A DNA stretch of 64,000 nucleotides, taken from NCBI RefSeq assembly GCF_036321535.1, contig NC_087437.1, positions 27,282,001 to 27,346,000 of the forward strand, written 5' to 3'. Below the pieces are notes generated by a model. The model searched no databases, was not told the DNA's origin, and worked only from the letters and a program-made list of their open reading frames with translations. The DNA comes from Camelus dromedarius. Taxonomy: Eukaryota. A program made the position numbers and the translations under genes. Below, in pieces: positions 61,701 to 64,000 of the stretch; positions within the stretch are counted from its first letter, which is position 1; each line of letters opens with the position of its first letter.

Positions 61701-62589
61701 GAATTATAATTCAAGAGCGATTTCTTTCAAAATTTGTTCTATAAACATTCAATGTGTTTTAGAGGAAGTGGCAGAGTCAGGAGACCTGGGTTTGACTAGT
61801 GGTTTTGACACAAACATATCCAGTGACCATGGACGAGAAATTTTCCTCTTTGACTTTTTTTTTCCCTACTTCACGCTAGTAAATTTAATATGATTCATAG
61901 TTCTCAACCTTTTTTCTACCTATACAGATGCAGATCAGGTCCGCTGTCACTGGGGAGAGCTTTTATCACAGATGGTGGTTTTCAGTGGGTTGGAAAGCAG
62001 CCAAGGGAGAAAATAATCCTCAAGGGATCCTTGTAGTACCTTTGGGGGTGACGAGGCATTTTAAAAGCTCTCATGCATCTGAAATTCCTGAGGGAGTCAC
62101 CTTCCACTTGTTTGAAAAATTATTGGGTTAAATAATCTCCATGCATTTTAGTTCATTTTGGGATTCTGCTGAGAGCATAGTATGGGTAAGGCAGCGTCTA
62201 CCTAACAGTAAGCTGATGTTGCACATAAATTCATCTTTCTGTGATGATTCAGAAGACATGTTAATACTCTGCAGTGTCCCAGGGTCATCACCACGGCCAC
62301 TTAGACCATCAGCTCCCATCAGGCAGAGCAGAGGGTATAGATGCTACAGACGATTAGGCTGAAACCATATTGACCCTATGGCATCCTGAAAGTTCTGTAT
62401 TGAATAATTCCACTTGGGTTTATTTGCCGTGTGTTTCTTTTTCATAGAAACAGAAGGAAGGAAAAAAAGTCCAATTATTTGTGTTTTCTGGTTCCTTATA
62501 TTATGGTGGGGGGAAAGGAGGAAACAAGGAATTCCAAGAATAAGAATGTAAGCCAAGTCTCCCCCAGAACTCTGAGAGGTGAACCATCA

Positions 62590-63560
62590 TATGATGGTGA
62601 TTGGATGAATCATGGACAAAACCAAAACAAAACTCCTCATCCCCATCTCCCTAATCCTGATCCTTTCCCATCTTGTTAATGGCATCCCTGTCCCCCCTCA
62701 GCTCAGGCCAAAACCCAGAGTTGTTCTTGGTTTTTGCCACCACCTTCTACTCTGCAACTTTCAATCTATCAATACGTTCTTCCAGGTCCACCTCCAAGTT
62801 ACATCCTGATCCTGACCACGCATTGCTATCTGGTCTGCTGTCACCCTAGTCTTAATCACCATCGGTTCTGGCTTGGGTTCTTGCAATTACCTCTTAAGTT
62901 CTTTCCCTTGTACAACTGAGTCTCAGTTCAGCCGACACAGTGATTATAAATGTAACTGTAAATCAGATGCTATCACACTCCTGATGGGTGCTTCCTGGTG
63001 ATTTCTCATTGCACTTATAGTGTAATCTGGACTCGACTCTGACCTACCAGCTCTTCTGGGGTCTGACCCATCTACCCCATGACATGTCTTCTTACCACTC
63101 TCTCCTTGGCTTCAGCACCTGCCTCTTTCTGTTCCTGGGACACTCAGTGCTTGTGTGGACCCAGGGACTTTGCCCTTGCCCTTCCCTGTGCTAGGAATGG
63201 TTATTGGGGAATAATCATGCCTAGCACACAGACTCCTTCCAGTAGCTGGTCCCATCTTTCTTGCAGATATCAGTTCAAACATTACCCTCTCAGGGTAATC
63301 CTGGCTCTCCCTACCTAAGCAGCACCCCTTAAGCAGCCACTCTACCCCATTGCCTTGTTTTACTTTCTTCATATCGCCATCTAGAATTGTATTATATGAT
63401 TTATTTGTTGGTCAACCTGGCTATTGTCTGTTTCTACCACTAGAATGAGAATTCTACAAGGACAGGGAAATTTTCTTGTTTTCCACTGTATCTCCAGGGA
63501 ATGGAACATGTATCTCCTGACACAAGGTGGACCCGCGAGAAATACCATTACCTGAGTAAA
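62590..63560 (+). mobile_element. L2 fragment
   Basis: ctcaggccaaaaccc...cagggactttgcccttgcccttccctgtgctaggaatg...actagaatgagaattctacaaggacaggg. Confidence 0.65.
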
Positions 63561-63631
63561 TGGGTGCATGTGTATGCAACGTGAAACCCTATAGGAAAAT
63601 GTTTCTCCAAATCAGAAGTCAGTGAGGGGTG

Positions 63632-63752
63632 GGGAGGGTATAGCTCAGTGGTAGAGCCCATGCTTAGCATGCAAGAGGTCCTGGGTTCAATCCTCAGCAC
63701 CTCCACCAAAAATAAATAAATAAACCTAATTACCTCCCTGTCCCTCAAAAAA
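63632..63752 (+). mobile_element. tRNA-derived SINE (Vic-1-like)
   Basis: ggggagggtatagctcagtggtagagcccatgcttagcatgcaagaggtcctgggttcaatcc...aaataaataaataaacctaattacctccc. Confidence 0.92.
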
Positions 63753-64000
63753 GAAGTAGGAAGAAAAAGCAAAAACTAACTATAATAGCCTGTCTAAAAT
63801 CTTTTCAGAATAAATGGTATTAGCATGACTAAAGAGAAAATGAGTCAATCAGAAGGATCAGAAAAGAAAATACAAAAGGGAATGTCAGAGAGAGAAAAAA
63901 GTTAGCAATGTGCTTTCAACTGCTGGGAGAGGGAGATTTTGGCCTTTAAACCTTATATGTTGGTTCCCTGATACAAAGACATTTCCGAAACAGAGATGGA

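Noticed and set aside
51471..64000. CLRN1-AS1-like antisense lncRNA
   Set aside because: Known in human, but its exons cannot be established from this sequence alone.
1..64000. CRISPR arrays, operons or other prokaryotic systems
   Set aside because: No regularly spaced repeats or dense coding; the sequence is intron- and repeat-rich mammalian DNA.

Overview
This is mammalian genomic DNA, very likely camelid (alpaca, camel or llama), judged from five tRNA-derived SINEs of the camelid Vic-1 type and young L1 3' ends. The only gene the sequence clearly supports is CLRN1 (clarin-1, Usher syndrome type 3A) on the minus strand. It has three coding exons (51218-51470, 28779-28958, 16129-16394; 253+180+266 = 699 nt, 232 aa) with canonical GT-AG junctions. 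The rest is intronic or intergenic and rich in L1, L2, MIR, MLT1/ERV LTRs, hAT (MER5A/MER58) elements and microsatellites. Almost all other entries in the ORF track are spurious. I found no evidence of a wholly new biological system (no CRISPR array, RNA gene or novel gene family). The observations most worth following up are: a conserved alternative C-terminal exon of CLRN1 (LTKGHN*) with a poly(A) signal inside its intron; a donor-less remnant of the human cassette exon 2b; three uORFs, one overlapping the CDS; candidate hair-cell enhancers; a locally templated 84-bp insertion and 72-bp inverted arms around an L1 5' fragment; and possible MINDY4B 5' exons at the window edge. Comparisons with human sequences are from memory and need alignment. 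Repeat boundaries are approximate.
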